Shown: positions 1 to 10,698 of the stretch, piece by piece
Numbering within the stretch: the stretch's first letter is position 1
Layout: each line of letters begins with the position of its first letter
Assembly (NCBI GenBank): GCA_963668625.2
Contig: CAXXKA010000008.1
Coordinates: forward strand, 800,001-864,000
Length of the DNA stretch: 64,000 nt
DNA from: an uncultured candidate division Zixibacteria bacterium
GTDB taxonomy: Bacteria > Zixibacteria > MSB-5A5 > UBA10806 > 4484-95
Direction of reading: 5' to 3'
Position numbers and translations under genes: made by a program
The notes under the pieces: model-generated
The model's database searches: none
The model's input: only the letters and a program-made list of their open reading frames with translations
What the model was told of the DNA's origin: nothing

Positions 1-2
1 TC

Positions 3-269
3 GATTGTGCTTACGATGAAATACGAATTGTAAATGATCCGACGGAATTCTCCTCCTACCCAGTATCCGGTACGATGACACTGAATGTCACCATATCCTC
101 CAATGGCGACCAGGCAAGCGGAATACCCGAGGGAACCTGGACAGCCTCCGTGACCCTGACATTTACAGATGATGGCTATAGCGGTACGATGACTATCGAG
201 GGCGATAATTATACCTGGGATTCCGACTGGAGCGATCTTAGCGGTGTACTACCTGTTAGCAGGCCATAG
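3..269 (+). CDS. Hypothetical beta-rich exported protein, 3' part (runs off window start)
   Basis: Frame of ORF 75..269 stays open back to base 3 (DCAYDEIRIVND...); followed by hairpin 295-313. Confidence 0.65.
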   Translation, partial: DCAYDEIRIVNDPTEFSSYPVSGTMTLNVTISSNGDQASGIPEGTWTASVTLTFTDDGYSGTMTIEGDNYTWDSDWSDLSGVLPVSRP

Positions 270-313
270 TCTTTATAAGATGAATGCAAAAAAAGGCCGG
301 TATCATACCGGCC

Positions 314-728
314 AGGCTGTTGACAGATTAAGTCAACAGCCTTTTTGTTTTTGATCATATTTTCGTTATCCCTTATATCAAGATTATCATTGTCCCAATA
401 CGAGAAACGGGTAATCACTCGTCATGCTTGGCAGGATTGTAAAGAACTGATTAGAAAGAATATCCTTACGCCTCTGGGCAAGTATCTTCGGCATAGACGT
501 CGAGAGACAGTTGAAGGTCACCTGGCAATGCTTGATGACCGCCATTGCTATGAACATTAAGAAGATAGCCTGCTTTCTTCATTATGTTATCTATTATTGG
601 TTGGAAATTCGGTTAAATCCGGCGTTTTGACTTCAATAACTCGATTATACGCAATCTAAATTAATGATCCTTAAAAATACTACAAAAACAAAAGGGAGTC
701 TCGAAAAACTCCCTTTTGTCATCAGTCT
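314..728 (+). mobile_element. Internally deleted IS1182-family remnant
   Basis: Imperfect terminal IRs AGGCTGTTGACAGA / TTTGTCATCAGTCT; residual transposase C-terminal peptides KRVITRHAWQDCKE...RRRETVE and, in another frame, TAIAMNIKKIA. Confidence 0.6.
690..717. terminator. Bidirectional terminator-like hairpin
   Basis: AAAAGGGAGT-N8-ACTCCCTTTT, downstream of 777..2189 and inside the IS1182 right end. Confidence 0.55.
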
Positions 729-776
729 TGGGCGATCAAAGACCGCTTGTTGGTAATTTAAACTGATTTAATTTTA

Positions 777-2189
777 TCATTTAATCAACACCATCCGTCT
801 GGATTGGGAAATATCCCCAACATTCAAACGGTAATAATATACTCCACTGGATAATCCCAGGGCATTAAATGATACGGAATGCAATCCTGCCTGCCTGTCT
901 TCCTCTATAAGTGTCAGGATTTTTCTACCAAGCAAGTCGTAGATATCCAGCGTTACGAAATGAGATCGTTCTATCGTAAATGAAATCGTCGTTGTCGGAT
1001 TGAAAGGGTTTGGGTAATTGGGCGAAAGGCGAATATTTTCCGGCAGGACTTTATCGGAAGATTCGCCGATTCCGGTTTGTATAAGATTTATTAATATCGA
1101 AACATCACCTGAATTGGTATTAGCAACAGCCAGATCGCTACTGCCATCGCTATTTAGATCCGCCGCAAACAACGAATTGGGTCTGGTCCCGACTTCGCAA
1201 TTTATCTCCTCCGGAAATGTGCCAAAACCGGTATTGAGCAGCACTGATATATTATTGGAAAATTTGTTAGCCACCGCTATATCATTATTACCATCGCTAT
1301 CAAAATCCGCAGTAACTACTGAAACCGGTCTATTCCCAACATCATAGTTGACCGCTGCCTGAAATGTCCCATTGCCGTTATTGATAAACACCGAGATATT
1401 ATTAGAGCCGGTATTAGCTACGATCAGGTCGTTATAGCTATCTCCATCAAGATCATCCGCGCAAACTGAATTAGGACCGTTTCCGGCCTCGTAATTAACC
1501 GCTGTCTGGAATGTTCCATCACCGTCATTATGCAGCACTGAGACATCATCCGAATACTTATTAGCTATAGCCAGATCATTATCGTTGTCTCCATCAAGGT
1601 CAATCGCGAAAACCGAATAAGGACCATCCCCGGTCTCGAATATTCCCACGGCCTGAAATATACCGTCACCGCTATTACGAAACACTGAGATAGAATCAGA
1701 GAACTCATCAGTCACGGCCAGATCGATATCACCATCGCCGTCTAAATCAACCGCAGCCACTGAATTAGGATCCTGCCCCGCCTCATAATTGACCGGCGTC
1801 TGAAATGATCCATCACCGTTATTGAAAAGCACCGAGACGTTGTTCGAAATAATATTGCATACGGCTAAATCATTGGAATTATTACCATCCAAATCCGCTG
1901 CAAATACCGAAACAGGACGATCCCCGACAGCATAATTAACCGCTGCCTGAAATGTACCATCACTGTTATTGTGAAGTATCGAAACGTCATCGGAATCCCA
2001 ATTAGCCACAGCCAGATCATTGTCACCATCTCCATCCAGGTCATTTGCGAACACTGAATAAGGAGAAGTTCCTGCTCCATAATTAACGGGTGAGGCAAAA
2101 AGTGAATCTTGCGCGGCAGCCTGATTTATTGGGACTACTATCATTGAAAGTAGTATTAAGGCAAATGTAAAACTCTTTGAAATATGCAT
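777..2189 (-). CDS. Secreted FG-GAP/VCBS repeat protein with T9SS type A-like C-terminal sorting domain
   Basis: Signal peptide; about six 55-aa DLDGDGDxDLAV repeats; C-terminal NYPNPFNP...IYDLLGR...GVYYYRL...RMVLIK. Confidence 0.9.
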   Translation of the reverse strand: MHISKSFTFALILLSMIVVPINQAAAQDSLFASPVNYGAGTSPYSVFANDLDGDGDNDLAVANWDSDDVSILHNNSDGTFQAAVNYAVGDRPVSVFAADLDGNNSNDLAVCNIISNNVSVLFNNGDGSFQTPVNYEAGQDPNSVAAVDLDGDGDIDLAVTDEFSDSISVFRNSGDGIFQAVGIFETGDGPYSVFAIDLDGDNDNDLAIANKYSDDVSVLHNDGDGTFQTAVNYEAGNGPNSVCADDLDGDSYNDLIVANTGSNNISVFINNGNGTFQAAVNYDVGNRPVSVVTADFDSDGNNDIAVANKFSNNISVLLNTGFGTFPEEINCEVGTRPNSLFAADLNSDGSSDLAVANTNSGDVSILINLIQTGIGESSDKVLPENIRLSPNYPNPFNPTTTISFTIERSHFVTLDIYDLLGRKILTLIEEDRQAGLHSVSFNALGLSSGVYYYRLNVGDISQSRRMVLIK

Positions 2190-2518
2190 ACATCCTCCCG
2201 GTATTTTTAAATTTATTAATCCCTGTGATTGAAAATTATTATGGATATCTTCTATTAAGGCTGCAGATAAAACTTATGTCAGTGCATACGCTCAATATAA
2301 TAGTATATCAAACAAGTTCAAGAGAATTATAAAAATTGATAAAATGTTTCAATAGATTTCGCTGATGTTAATCTTTCATTCGTTGGATTGTTTTCGCCAG
2401 ATATTCGTTTATCAAATAAGGGTTTTATCTTTTCATCTTTGAATTAATTATTTTAAATCATCATATTAACATCAATGTTAGGGATAACTATTGTTAGCTT
2501 TTACAATCAGGAGACACG

Positions 2519-2670
2519 GTGAGAATTGCTCATGTATTGGTTTTGCTTACTACAATTTTTATGTTTCCGTATGATATCTTGGCCTTTGATCCTCTCTTTA
2601 TACCAGAATCGATTATACGGTAAGACGGTCTTCCTGCTCAATAGAGTCAGCCGATTATGATAACAACCTG
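2519..2670 (+). pseudogene. Remnant of another FG-GAP/VCBS gene (signal peptide plus first repeat)
   Basis: SD CAGGAG then GTG; RIAHVLVLLTTIFMFPYDILAFDPLF, then after a frameshift TRIDYTVRRSSCSIESADYDNN. Confidence 0.45.
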
Positions 2671-2839
2671 ATAGTGTCTAATTTAAATTTCGCAAACATC
2701 TCTATCCTGGGAAAAAATCCATTTCCGAGCGTTAATATATGCGTGTTTTTTCCCTTTTTGTTGACAATCCACATAAAATCATTAACTTAATATCAGTTGT
2801 GATTACCCGGATACCTCATCGATAAAGTGAGAATATTAA

Positions 2840-4066
2840 ATGAATAGATTAACAAAACTTATATTAACATCAGCATTGATATTGATAATTGCCTCGTTGA
2901 GCTGGTCATACGATACCGAGCATGTCGTAGTGGTGCTCATCGATGGCGTGAGATATACCGAAAGCTTCGGTGATACCACCGGAACCTATTGCCCGCGCTT
3001 GACCGCTTTGCAATCGCAGGGAGTCGTGCACGATTCGGCTTTCAATGATGTGGCAACTTATACCTCAATGGCCGTACCCGCTACCTTCATGGGCAGATTC
3101 TATGCGCTTCAGGATACATCGTACCTGGGCGAGGATGTTCAATTCTGCAGATACCCGACATTCTGGGAATACGCTCGCGCCGATTTAGGCCTTTCGGATA
3201 TCGATGCTATTTACATCACCCCCGACTATGGCTCCGGCACCTGGTTACCATCGTTTTACCCCGGATATGGCCCTGACTACTGGCCGTCATTTCATCAATC
3301 GGCCAACAGCGATGCCGCCGTATTCGATTCGGCACTAGCAGTAATAACGCGAGACCATCCGGTGATTAGCTATGTATATTTTCCGGAAACCGATCATGCC
3401 GGTCACACCGCTGATTGGAATTACTATATCTCCGCAATCAGGGAGGCGGACTCCTTGACTGCCTGTTTATGGGATTCCATTCAAGCCGATCCTGTCATGG
3501 CCGGCAAAACGACAATGATAGTGACAAACGATCATGGCCGTCACGATGATGCGCACGGTGGTTTTCAGGGTCATGGATGTGATTGTTTCGGATGCAGGCA
3601 CGTAATGTTGTTTGCCATAGGTCCTGATTTCAAACGAGGTGATCATGTCGATAGCCCCCGGGCCTCGATTACTGATATAGCAACCACTATCGGTGAGCTT
3701 CTGGAGTTCAATACGACATTCTGCACCGGAAGAGTACTACTCGAGATTTTCGGCGATTCCTACGATTATCTGCCCGGCGATTGCAACATGTACGCCGGTT
3801 CATGGCCGCCAGTCACGATCGGCGCGGATGTTACCTATCTGGTGAACTATTTCAGGGGTATTTCAACGCCCTGTTTGCAGGATGGTTTCTATGCATCGGG
3901 GGATGCTAATGGGGATTGCACTATTATCGGCAGTGATGTTACCTACCTGGTGAACTATTTCAGGGGCATCAACCCGGTTAATTACTGCCCCGATTATCCT
4001 CCCACCTGGTTATCTCCCGAGGATTTACCCGGTGAGGCGCCAAATACCTGGCCGGGATGCGAGTAG
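2840..4066 (+). CDS. Secreted alkaline-phosphatase-superfamily hydrolase with C-terminal dockerin-like domain
   Basis: VVVLIDGVR, ETDHAGH and TNDHGRH metal motifs; duplicated GDxN...DVTYLVNYFRG. Confidence 0.85.
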   Translation: MNRLTKLILTSALILIIASLSWSYDTEHVVVVLIDGVRYTESFGDTTGTYCPRLTALQSQGVVHDSAFNDVATYTSMAVPATFMGRFYALQDTSYLGEDVQFCRYPTFWEYARADLGLSDIDAIYITPDYGSGTWLPSFYPGYGPDYWPSFHQSANSDAAVFDSALAVITRDHPVISYVYFPETDHAGHTADWNYYISAIREADSLTACLWDSIQADPVMAGKTTMIVTNDHGRHDDAHGGFQGHGCDCFGCRHVMLFAIGPDFKRGDHVDSPRASITDIATTIGELLEFNTTFCTGRVLLEIFGDSYDYLPGDCNMYAGSWPPVTIGADVTYLVNYFRGISTPCLQDGFYASGDANGDCTIIGSDVTYLVNYFRGINPVNYCPDYPPTWLSPEDLPGEAPNTWPGCE

Positions 4067-4183
4067 CCGATCGAGAAGTATATCCAGCGGACGAGTTGCA
4101 TGAATTAGAATAGTTCGAAATTACGCGACTATACGCTGTTTCCAGTATCTACCAGGATTTCAGTACTGTAACCAATATAGTAA

Positions 4184-5477
4184 TTAGTGTAAATTCAATT
4201 GTGTAAATTTGTATTTATTGATGTATTAAAGAATTACGGGTATATCCAGCAGAAAACGCTAATCTTCAAGGAGGATATACCCGTGAAACCACTTAGGTTT
4301 GCTGATGAAAATGTAGGTTATGTATTTGCCGGAGTCAAGAGTTATTGGGAGGAGGATGTTCGGGGTGTGGTGTTGAAGCATGCTCGCCGTCATTTGGAAC
4401 GGATGTTGAATGTTGAGTTTAGGATAGCGGTTGGCTGCGGAAAGTATGAGCGGAGTGAGGAGCGGGCGGATTATCGGAATGGTTATTACCGTCGGGGTTT
4501 GCTGAGTTTATACGGCTGGTTAGAGGAGGTAAAGGTTCCCCGGCTGCGTTATGGCAGCTTTGAGTCGAGTGTCTTGCGGAAGCACAAACGGCGTTCGCAG
4601 CTATTGGATCGGCTGATTTTAGAGGGCTTTCTGCTTGGTCATTCTACCCGCAAGACAGCACGGATGTTCAAGCGGGCCTATGGTGAAAGCATCAGCGCCC
4701 AGGCTGTCTCGAACGTAGTTAAGGCATTAAACGATGAGGTTGGCAGCTTCCACTGTCGGGCTTTGGGCGATGATTATCGTTTTATTCATCTGGATGGTTT
4801 ATGGGTGAAGATAACCTCTCCGGTTAAGGTGAAGAAGGTGTTGCTTGTGGCCTACGGTGTCCGTCACGATGGCAGCCGTGAGCTTATCGACTTCATGCTG
4901 GCTGGCTCTGAGAGCGAGGCCTACTGGTGGGGCTTTCTGTCGGATCTCAAGCAGCGAGGTCTGCGCGGTCATTTGTTGGAGGTTGTTGTTCACGATGGTG
5001 GTAAGGGGCTGATTAAAGCTCTGGCCGGGTTATATCCGCGGGTGAAATCACAGCAATGTGTCTTCCACAAGCTGTCGAATATCAGCCAGAATCTGGATGA
5101 ACGTAAAAACCGCAGCCGAATCACCAGGGATGCTGCTGCGGTCTATCAGGCCGAGACGGAGAAAGAGTTGAAGGCACGATTGAAAGCTTTCAAGGCCAAA
5201 TGGCGATTGAAAGAACCTAAAGCTGTTCGATCATTTATTCGCGGCTTTGATCGAACACTGATTTATCGAGAATATGCTGAACCTGAAAGAACTCAAATAA
5301 AGACCAATAATCCTCTGGAGCGATATCTGGAGGAATTGCAAAGGAGGATAAAACCGTTCAGGAAATTTGTTAATGCCAAAAGTGTTGATCGAATCGTTTA
5401 TGGAATAGTCGCTTATGTGCTGGATAACCGAAAATCTGAAAATCATTACAAATTTACACAATTCCCTTGATAAGATC
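4184..5477 (+). mobile_element. IS256-family insertion sequence
   Basis: Subterminal IR AATTGTGTAAATTTGTA / TACAAATTTACACAATT; flanking direct repeat ATATAGTAA at 4175-4183 and 5478-5486 (8-9 bp TSD). Confidence 0.9.
4283..5470 (+). CDS. IS256 (Mutator-like) DDE transposase
   Basis: YRNGYY, LDGLW, VHDG, QQCVFHK, TNNPLER motifs; SD AAGGAGG before GTG 4283. Confidence 0.92.
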   Translation: MKPLRFADENVGYVFAGVKSYWEEDVRGVVLKHARRHLERMLNVEFRIAVGCGKYERSEERADYRNGYYRRGLLSLYGWLEEVKVPRLRYGSFESSVLRKHKRRSQLLDRLILEGFLLGHSTRKTARMFKRAYGESISAQAVSNVVKALNDEVGSFHCRALGDDYRFIHLDGLWVKITSPVKVKKVLLVAYGVRHDGSRELIDFMLAGSESEAYWWGFLSDLKQRGLRGHLLEVVVHDGGKGLIKALAGLYPRVKSQQCVFHKLSNISQNLDERKNRSRITRDAAAVYQAETEKELKARLKAFKAKWRLKEPKAVRSFIRGFDRTLIYREYAEPERTQIKTNNPLERYLEELQRRIKPFRKFVNAKSVDRIVYGIVAYVLDNRKSENHYKFTQFP

Positions 5478-5617
5478 ATATAGTAACTAATCCAAATTTA
5501 AGCTTGACATAATCGTCTATATCCATAACTTAAAATAGTAATACTTCAGTTTTAGAAATAGTGGAGTTTTTAATCAAAATGCTGTTAATATTGTAACAAC
5601 CTCATTCAGGTGGATGT

Positions 5618-7768
5618 ATGAATAATATAATTATATATCAGAAAATGCTCGGTATGGCGGTAATTATAGTAACTATTTTATTTTCATTTTCTGATGCCAG
5701 AAGCGATGATCTGAAAAACTCTTTTCAATTCCTCTCGCCATCACCGGGGGCTGAATTAGTATCAAAGGAAACTAATATTATTATCAAACCCGGTAGTTCA
5801 CTGACCTGTAATAAAAACGAACTGGAAAACCTCGCCCTGATTCAGGGGTCGATATCCGGTATCCACACGTACTCTATTTACATTTCGGATGATAACCGTA
5901 CAATAACGCTAACACCGGATGTCCCATTCGTCCCTTCCGAGACGGTCACTGTCGATATCAATAATCCGATACCGGTCTCCGGTGATAAATTAACTAGAAC
6001 CGGCCAATTCATGTTTTACATCTCTGCCAAATCCTCCCCGCTAATATCCGAGGAGGAATACCGGGAGATGTCATATGAGGGAATGCTTGATCTTGAGGGT
6101 GATGACTTGGATGACCCTGTAACTCCTCAAAATACGGATATCGAAATGGTTTTGCCGGCTGACTTTCCCGGCCTGACCATCAGCGCCTTGGACAAACCTG
6201 CGAGTGGTTATGTTTTCATCGCTAAACATCGCCCGATTGGGAAAACCTACATGATGATTTTGGACAACATGGGGAAACCCATTTACTATTACAGGCAGCC
6301 CAATGTCGTAACCGATTTTAAGGTACAACTGGACACCTTGCTGTCTTTCTATGTTTATAACCGTCACAAGTTTTGCGTTATGGATACCACTTATACGGTG
6401 ATAGACTCTTTCGCCTGCGGTAATGGTTATTTCGCCGATCATCACGAATTCCAACTTCTGCCTAACGGTCACGCTATTCTGATCGCTTACGATACACAGA
6501 GTATTGATATGAGTAGAATCACCGAGGAAGGGCAAACCGATTGCCGGGTAACGGGATTGATAATACAGGAACTCGATCCGAGTAAACAGGTGGTATTTCA
6601 GTGGCGAAGCTGGGATCATATTCCTATCACGGATGTTACCCATGCTGACCTTTCCAGCCGATCGATCGACTATATACATGGTAATGCTGTTGAGTTGGAT
6701 GATGACGGCAATTACTTACTCTCCAGTCGTCACCTGGATGAGATTACGAAAATTAACCGTCAAACCGGTGAAATTATCTGGCGTCTCGGTGGCAAAAACA
6801 ACATGTTCGAGATTGTAAACGATAGCTCCGGCTTCAGCCGTCAACATGATATACGAAGAACCGATAGCGGTACTATAACCTTTTTCGATAACGGTAATTG
6901 GCATTCACCACAATTTTCCAGGGCCGTAGAATACTCGCTCGATACGGTGAACATGGTATGTGAGTTAGTATGGGATTACAGGTACCAGCCTGATATATGG
7001 AACGGCGTAAACGGTAGCGTTCAACGCCTGCCCAACGGCAATACGATGATAGGCTGGGGAGGGCCCTCGGAGATAACCCTGACAGAGGTAAACGATCGAA
7101 ACGAGAAGCAATTCGAGCTATCGTACGTAGAGGGGCCCGATACCTGGTCGTACAGGTCGTTTCGTTTTCCCTGGAGCGGAACCGCTAAAACCCCGTATCT
7201 TATAGCCGAGAAAACCGCACAGAAAAATATTAAACTTATATTTTACAAATTCGGCGATGATGATGTTTCCAAGTATTATCTGTACCTGAAGCACAAAAAC
7301 GGCTCATTCGAACTCGCGGACTCGACGACGAATAATTATTACATCCTGAATGACTACCCCGCCGGTAGAACTTACACCGCGAAAGTTACGGCTATAAATA
7401 GCAATGGTGATGAAAGCCATAGCTCTAATAGCGTCAGTTTCGTCATATCGGGGTTGGTATATAAATACCGTCCTGGCGATATAAATATGACAGCCGGATC
7501 ATGGCCTCCTCGTGTCTATGGCAGCGATGTCACCTACCTGGTGAATAATTTCAGGGGTAAAAATTCCCCCTGTTTGATAAACGGTTTCTTCTGTGCCGCT
7601 GATATTAACGGTGATTGCAGAATCACCGAAGCGGATATAACCGGAATGGTATCCTATTTGAGAGGCCAAAGCGATATATTATGGTGCAAGGATCATCAAC
7701 CGTTCTGGGAGCCGGAAGAGGATTACCCCGTTACAATCCCACCGGATTGGCCAAGTTGCGATGAGTAA
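5618..7768 (+). CDS. Aryl-sulfate sulfotransferase-family protein with Ig-like, Fn3 and dockerin-like domains
   Basis: DHHEF, YIHGNAVE, SSRHLD, RQHDIR, QRLPNGNTMIGWG; C-terminal PGDIN...DVTYLVNNFRG. Confidence 0.85.
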   Translation: MNNIIIYQKMLGMAVIIVTILFSFSDARSDDLKNSFQFLSPSPGAELVSKETNIIIKPGSSLTCNKNELENLALIQGSISGIHTYSIYISDDNRTITLTPDVPFVPSETVTVDINNPIPVSGDKLTRTGQFMFYISAKSSPLISEEEYREMSYEGMLDLEGDDLDDPVTPQNTDIEMVLPADFPGLTISALDKPASGYVFIAKHRPIGKTYMMILDNMGKPIYYYRQPNVVTDFKVQLDTLLSFYVYNRHKFCVMDTTYTVIDSFACGNGYFADHHEFQLLPNGHAILIAYDTQSIDMSRITEEGQTDCRVTGLIIQELDPSKQVVFQWRSWDHIPITDVTHADLSSRSIDYIHGNAVELDDDGNYLLSSRHLDEITKINRQTGEIIWRLGGKNNMFEIVNDSSGFSRQHDIRRTDSGTITFFDNGNWHSPQFSRAVEYSLDTVNMVCELVWDYRYQPDIWNGVNGSVQRLPNGNTMIGWGGPSEITLTEVNDRNEKQFELSYVEGPDTWSYRSFRFPWSGTAKTPYLIAEKTAQKNIKLIFYKFGDDDVSKYYLYLKHKNGSFELADSTTNNYYILNDYPAGRTYTAKVTAINSNGDESHSSNSVSFVISGLVYKYRPGDINMTAGSWPPRVYGSDVTYLVNNFRGKNSPCLINGFFCAADINGDCRITEADITGMVSYLRGQSDILWCKDHQPFWEPEEDYPVTIPPDWPSCDE

Positions 7769-8096
7769 TGAAAATAGTTGCGCTAATACCGGAAATAGTG
7801 GTTCGACTATAAACAGGCTGTAGCAATCTGATGGACAAAATTAGTGTTATATAATAAGTATCTGCCAACTGGCGTAGCTCGAGGATATCTTTAATACCAC
7901 ACTATTAAACCAGCCCGGCTGTTAATGATGCTTTATTAGGCTTAAAATTCTTGATATTGTAATAATAAAGTCAAGCTCGTTCCCTTCTTCAAAGACTTTA
8001 CTTGGCATCTTTAAAATATGCTTTAATAGCAATGATATAGCGCGCTAATTCTAATAAAAAGCTTGCACAAAATTCGATTTATCGTATATTTAACAT

Positions 8097-8201
8097 GACC
8101 AAAACGAGAGATGGGATGTTACTATCAGATATTCCCCCCAATCTTTGGACATCCCATTATAGGGGTGCCAGGGAGCCCTTCCCAGCGCCCCGCTTTTTTT
8201 T
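8097..8201 (+). ncRNA. Putative two-hairpin small RNA, copy 1
   Basis: TTGCAC-N16-TATATT (8063-8090); stem ATGGGATGT/ACATCCCAT with TTCCCCCC loop; second GC hairpin plus T8. Confidence 0.65.
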
Positions 8202-8379
8202 GCCTAATTTTCCAGACAATTCAATATAATCAGCAATTAATGAATCTATAGTGGTTGCCTGTAATGTAATACCGGAAATAGAATAGCGTGGCCGGCAGAT
8301 TCCCATATCTACCGGCGATACTACTAAATTGAACGGATTAAAGAAAGCGATATACTCCAGCCAAAGAAATAGCCAGGTA

Positions 8380-10695
8380 TTAGAACTCGTACTCGATCCC
8401 GAATATAGGCAAGGTCGACCACTGTTCGACCTCTCGTTGCTCGTTGGCGATCTCGTTCCACTCGTAAGTGCCGATATTTTTCCTGCCGTATACGTTCCAG
8501 ACACTCAGATAGAATATCAAGTTGGAGCCGGTGAAATTGAATCGCCTATCGAATCGGATGTTCATCGAATGATAATCCGGCAGTCGTTCGGCGTTGATTC
8601 GGTCGGAATCGTATATCCCCCGGCCGGCTGTCTCCGAGGCTGCGATATCAAATGGTGTGTAGGGGGCGCCGCCGGCATAAATCCACCTGGTGCTGAACTC
8701 CCATTTATTATTCGGCTTATATCCGCCCTCGATACTGAAATTAAACTGGTTGTCATAAGCCCTGTCATACCAGATACCATCATAGCCTTTATAACGCGTG
8801 CGCGAATAAGCTCCGCTGATCATCCCGTAGAACTGCTTGGCCAATTTTTTCTGCACCATGAACTCAATCCCCCGGGCATATGCCTCTCCCGAGGATACGA
8901 GCGGGTTTCCGGCCAGGTACACGCTTTTACCGGCTATGTCATCAACGATGAATATCTGTTGCTTGAGCGAATCGAGCGGAAAATCGCGGTATTCTTTATC
9001 GAATACCTCGATTGTCAGGCGAGTATTTTCGGTTAGCATGTGATTAATTCCGAATACGTAATGATATGCCTTCGGGTCTTTCAGGTCTTTGTTAGCCTCA
9101 TTTTGCGCCAGTATCGGCATCGGCAGGTTCTGATAGTAAATACCGGCCGCAGCGTTTAGGGTGGTCAGGCTTGAAAGTATGTAGTTGACCGATAAGCGAG
9201 GGGAGATACTGGAGTTCTCGTTATAGGTGAAATAAGAAAACCTCGTTCCGGCGGTGACTGACAAACGATCGAATGGATTTACCGTATAGCTGAAAAATCC
9301 ATGCAATTTAGTCTCGTTAATATTGTCATCAACGGAATATGCCGGGGTTACGTTACCCAGTTCATCGTAATATTCTCCATAGTAATTATTGTAATCGATC
9401 AGCGAGTATTTAGCCTCTACACCTAATTCTAACTTGTGAGCGTTGTTTAATTTGATGAAATTAACATTCCTCAGCTTGAATTCGTTCTCAGTCGAGTTAA
9501 AATCGAACGACATCAGTTCGGCGCCGTGATCGTAATAATATTTCGTGTCATAACCCGTGTAGTTATAGTCGTATAACGTATGAGATATGGAGGTGTTGGA
9601 ATAACCATTCGCTCCCCACAGGTATCGCCAGTTGATTCCGGCGGTATTGGCTGTCATATTGAAACTATCGTAATATTTCTCCTCCTCCTCGATAGCATCC
9701 TCGATCTCGTCTGCTATATCATCGATAGAGAGAATATTGAGCAAAGTAATCTGGTTATTGCCGTTAAGATCGTAAGTCACCTTGCCGTGAATATCGCCAT
9801 AATTCGGTACCGAACCGTCATCTTCGCCAATAGCTTTGACTATCAAATCGAGGAAGCTTTTTCGTCCGGCTAATATCCATGAGCCTTTATCGCCAATAGG
9901 CCCCTCGGCGCCGCCACCGAAACCGGCAAACCCCAGATCTAACTGGGCGTCGAACTCCTCCCGGTTACCATCCCGGAAATCGATATCCATCACCGAGGAG
10001 AGACGGTCGCCGTAACGAGCCGGGAATGCCCCCGAATGGAATTCGACATCCGAGACCAGATCGACATTGATTAGGCCAACCGGCCCGCCAGAGGAACTTT
10101 GTTCGGGGAAATGGTTGATATTGGGTATCTCTATATTATCTACATAAAAGCCGTTCTCGAATGAGGCGCCGCCTCGTACGTAGAGTGTGTTTTGGGTATT
10201 ATCGTACTTGGCGATACTCGGCAATCCCATTATCATCCGGCTGACATCCCCGGCGGTCCCCGGCATGCGACGGATTTCCTCGTTGGAGAAACTCACATTG
10301 CTGGCAGGCGCATCCTGACGCTCGGCGAAATAGCCGGTGGTTATCACTACCTCATCAACCTCGATAGCCGATTCATTCAACTCAGCTTTAACGAACGTGA
10401 TTCTTTTAGGACGTACGATAATATCAGCTTTAAGCATTACCTCGTATCCCAGTAGCCTGAATTTCAGCGAGTAATTCCCCACCGGTACGTTCTCGATCGT
10501 AAATTCGCCGTCGCTAGAGCTAACCGCGCCTTTTTCCGTGCCAAGCAGGATTACGCTTACACCGGGAAGCGCAGATCTTGTTTCCGAATCTATCACCGTA
10601 CCGCTGATACTACCCTTTTTGATCTCATCAGCAGAGGCTATCGTGAATAAAATCGCTATCATTATCAATGCTAAAATTATCTTACTCATTTTCAA
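8380..10695 (-). CDS. TonB-dependent receptor with carboxypeptidase-regulatory-like N-terminal domain
   Basis: Signal peptide; plug motif VRGG...N.FYVDNIEI; FPARYGDRLSSVMD; C-terminal GIEYEF. Confidence 0.92.
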   Translation of the reverse strand: MKMSKIILALIMIAILFTIASADEIKKGSISGTVIDSETRSALPGVSVILLGTEKGAVSSSDGEFTIENVPVGNYSLKFRLLGYEVMLKADIIVRPKRITFVKAELNESAIEVDEVVITTGYFAERQDAPASNVSFSNEEIRRMPGTAGDVSRMIMGLPSIAKYDNTQNTLYVRGGASFENGFYVDNIEIPNINHFPEQSSSGGPVGLINVDLVSDVEFHSGAFPARYGDRLSSVMDIDFRDGNREEFDAQLDLGFAGFGGGAEGPIGDKGSWILAGRKSFLDLIVKAIGEDDGSVPNYGDIHGKVTYDLNGNNQITLLNILSIDDIADEIEDAIEEEEKYYDSFNMTANTAGINWRYLWGANGYSNTSISHTLYDYNYTGYDTKYYYDHGAELMSFDFNSTENEFKLRNVNFIKLNNAHKLELGVEAKYSLIDYNNYYGEYYDELGNVTPAYSVDDNINETKLHGFFSYTVNPFDRLSVTAGTRFSYFTYNENSSISPRLSVNYILSSLTTLNAAAGIYYQNLPMPILAQNEANKDLKDPKAYHYVFGINHMLTENTRLTIEVFDKEYRDFPLDSLKQQIFIVDDIAGKSVYLAGNPLVSSGEAYARGIEFMVQKKLAKQFYGMISGAYSRTRYKGYDGIWYDRAYDNQFNFSIEGGYKPNNKWEFSTRWIYAGGAPYTPFDIAASETAGRGIYDSDRINAERLPDYHSMNIRFDRRFNFTGSNLIFYLSVWNVYGRKNIGTYEWNEIANEQREVEQWSTLPIFGIEYEF

Positions 10696-10698
10696 TCC

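Noticed and set aside
1100-2100. ~165-bp periodic repeats as a possible array
   Set aside because: They are in-frame FG-GAP coding repeats, not CRISPR-like
7868-7890. GGCGTAGCTC resembling a tRNA 5' end
   Set aside because: No cloverleaf, T-loop or acceptor stem follows
8329-9036. 235-aa + strand ORF and other long antisense ORFs (6071, 23383, 33662, 52218 etc.)
   Set aside because: They are shadows of well-supported genes on the opposite strand and have no recognisable motifs
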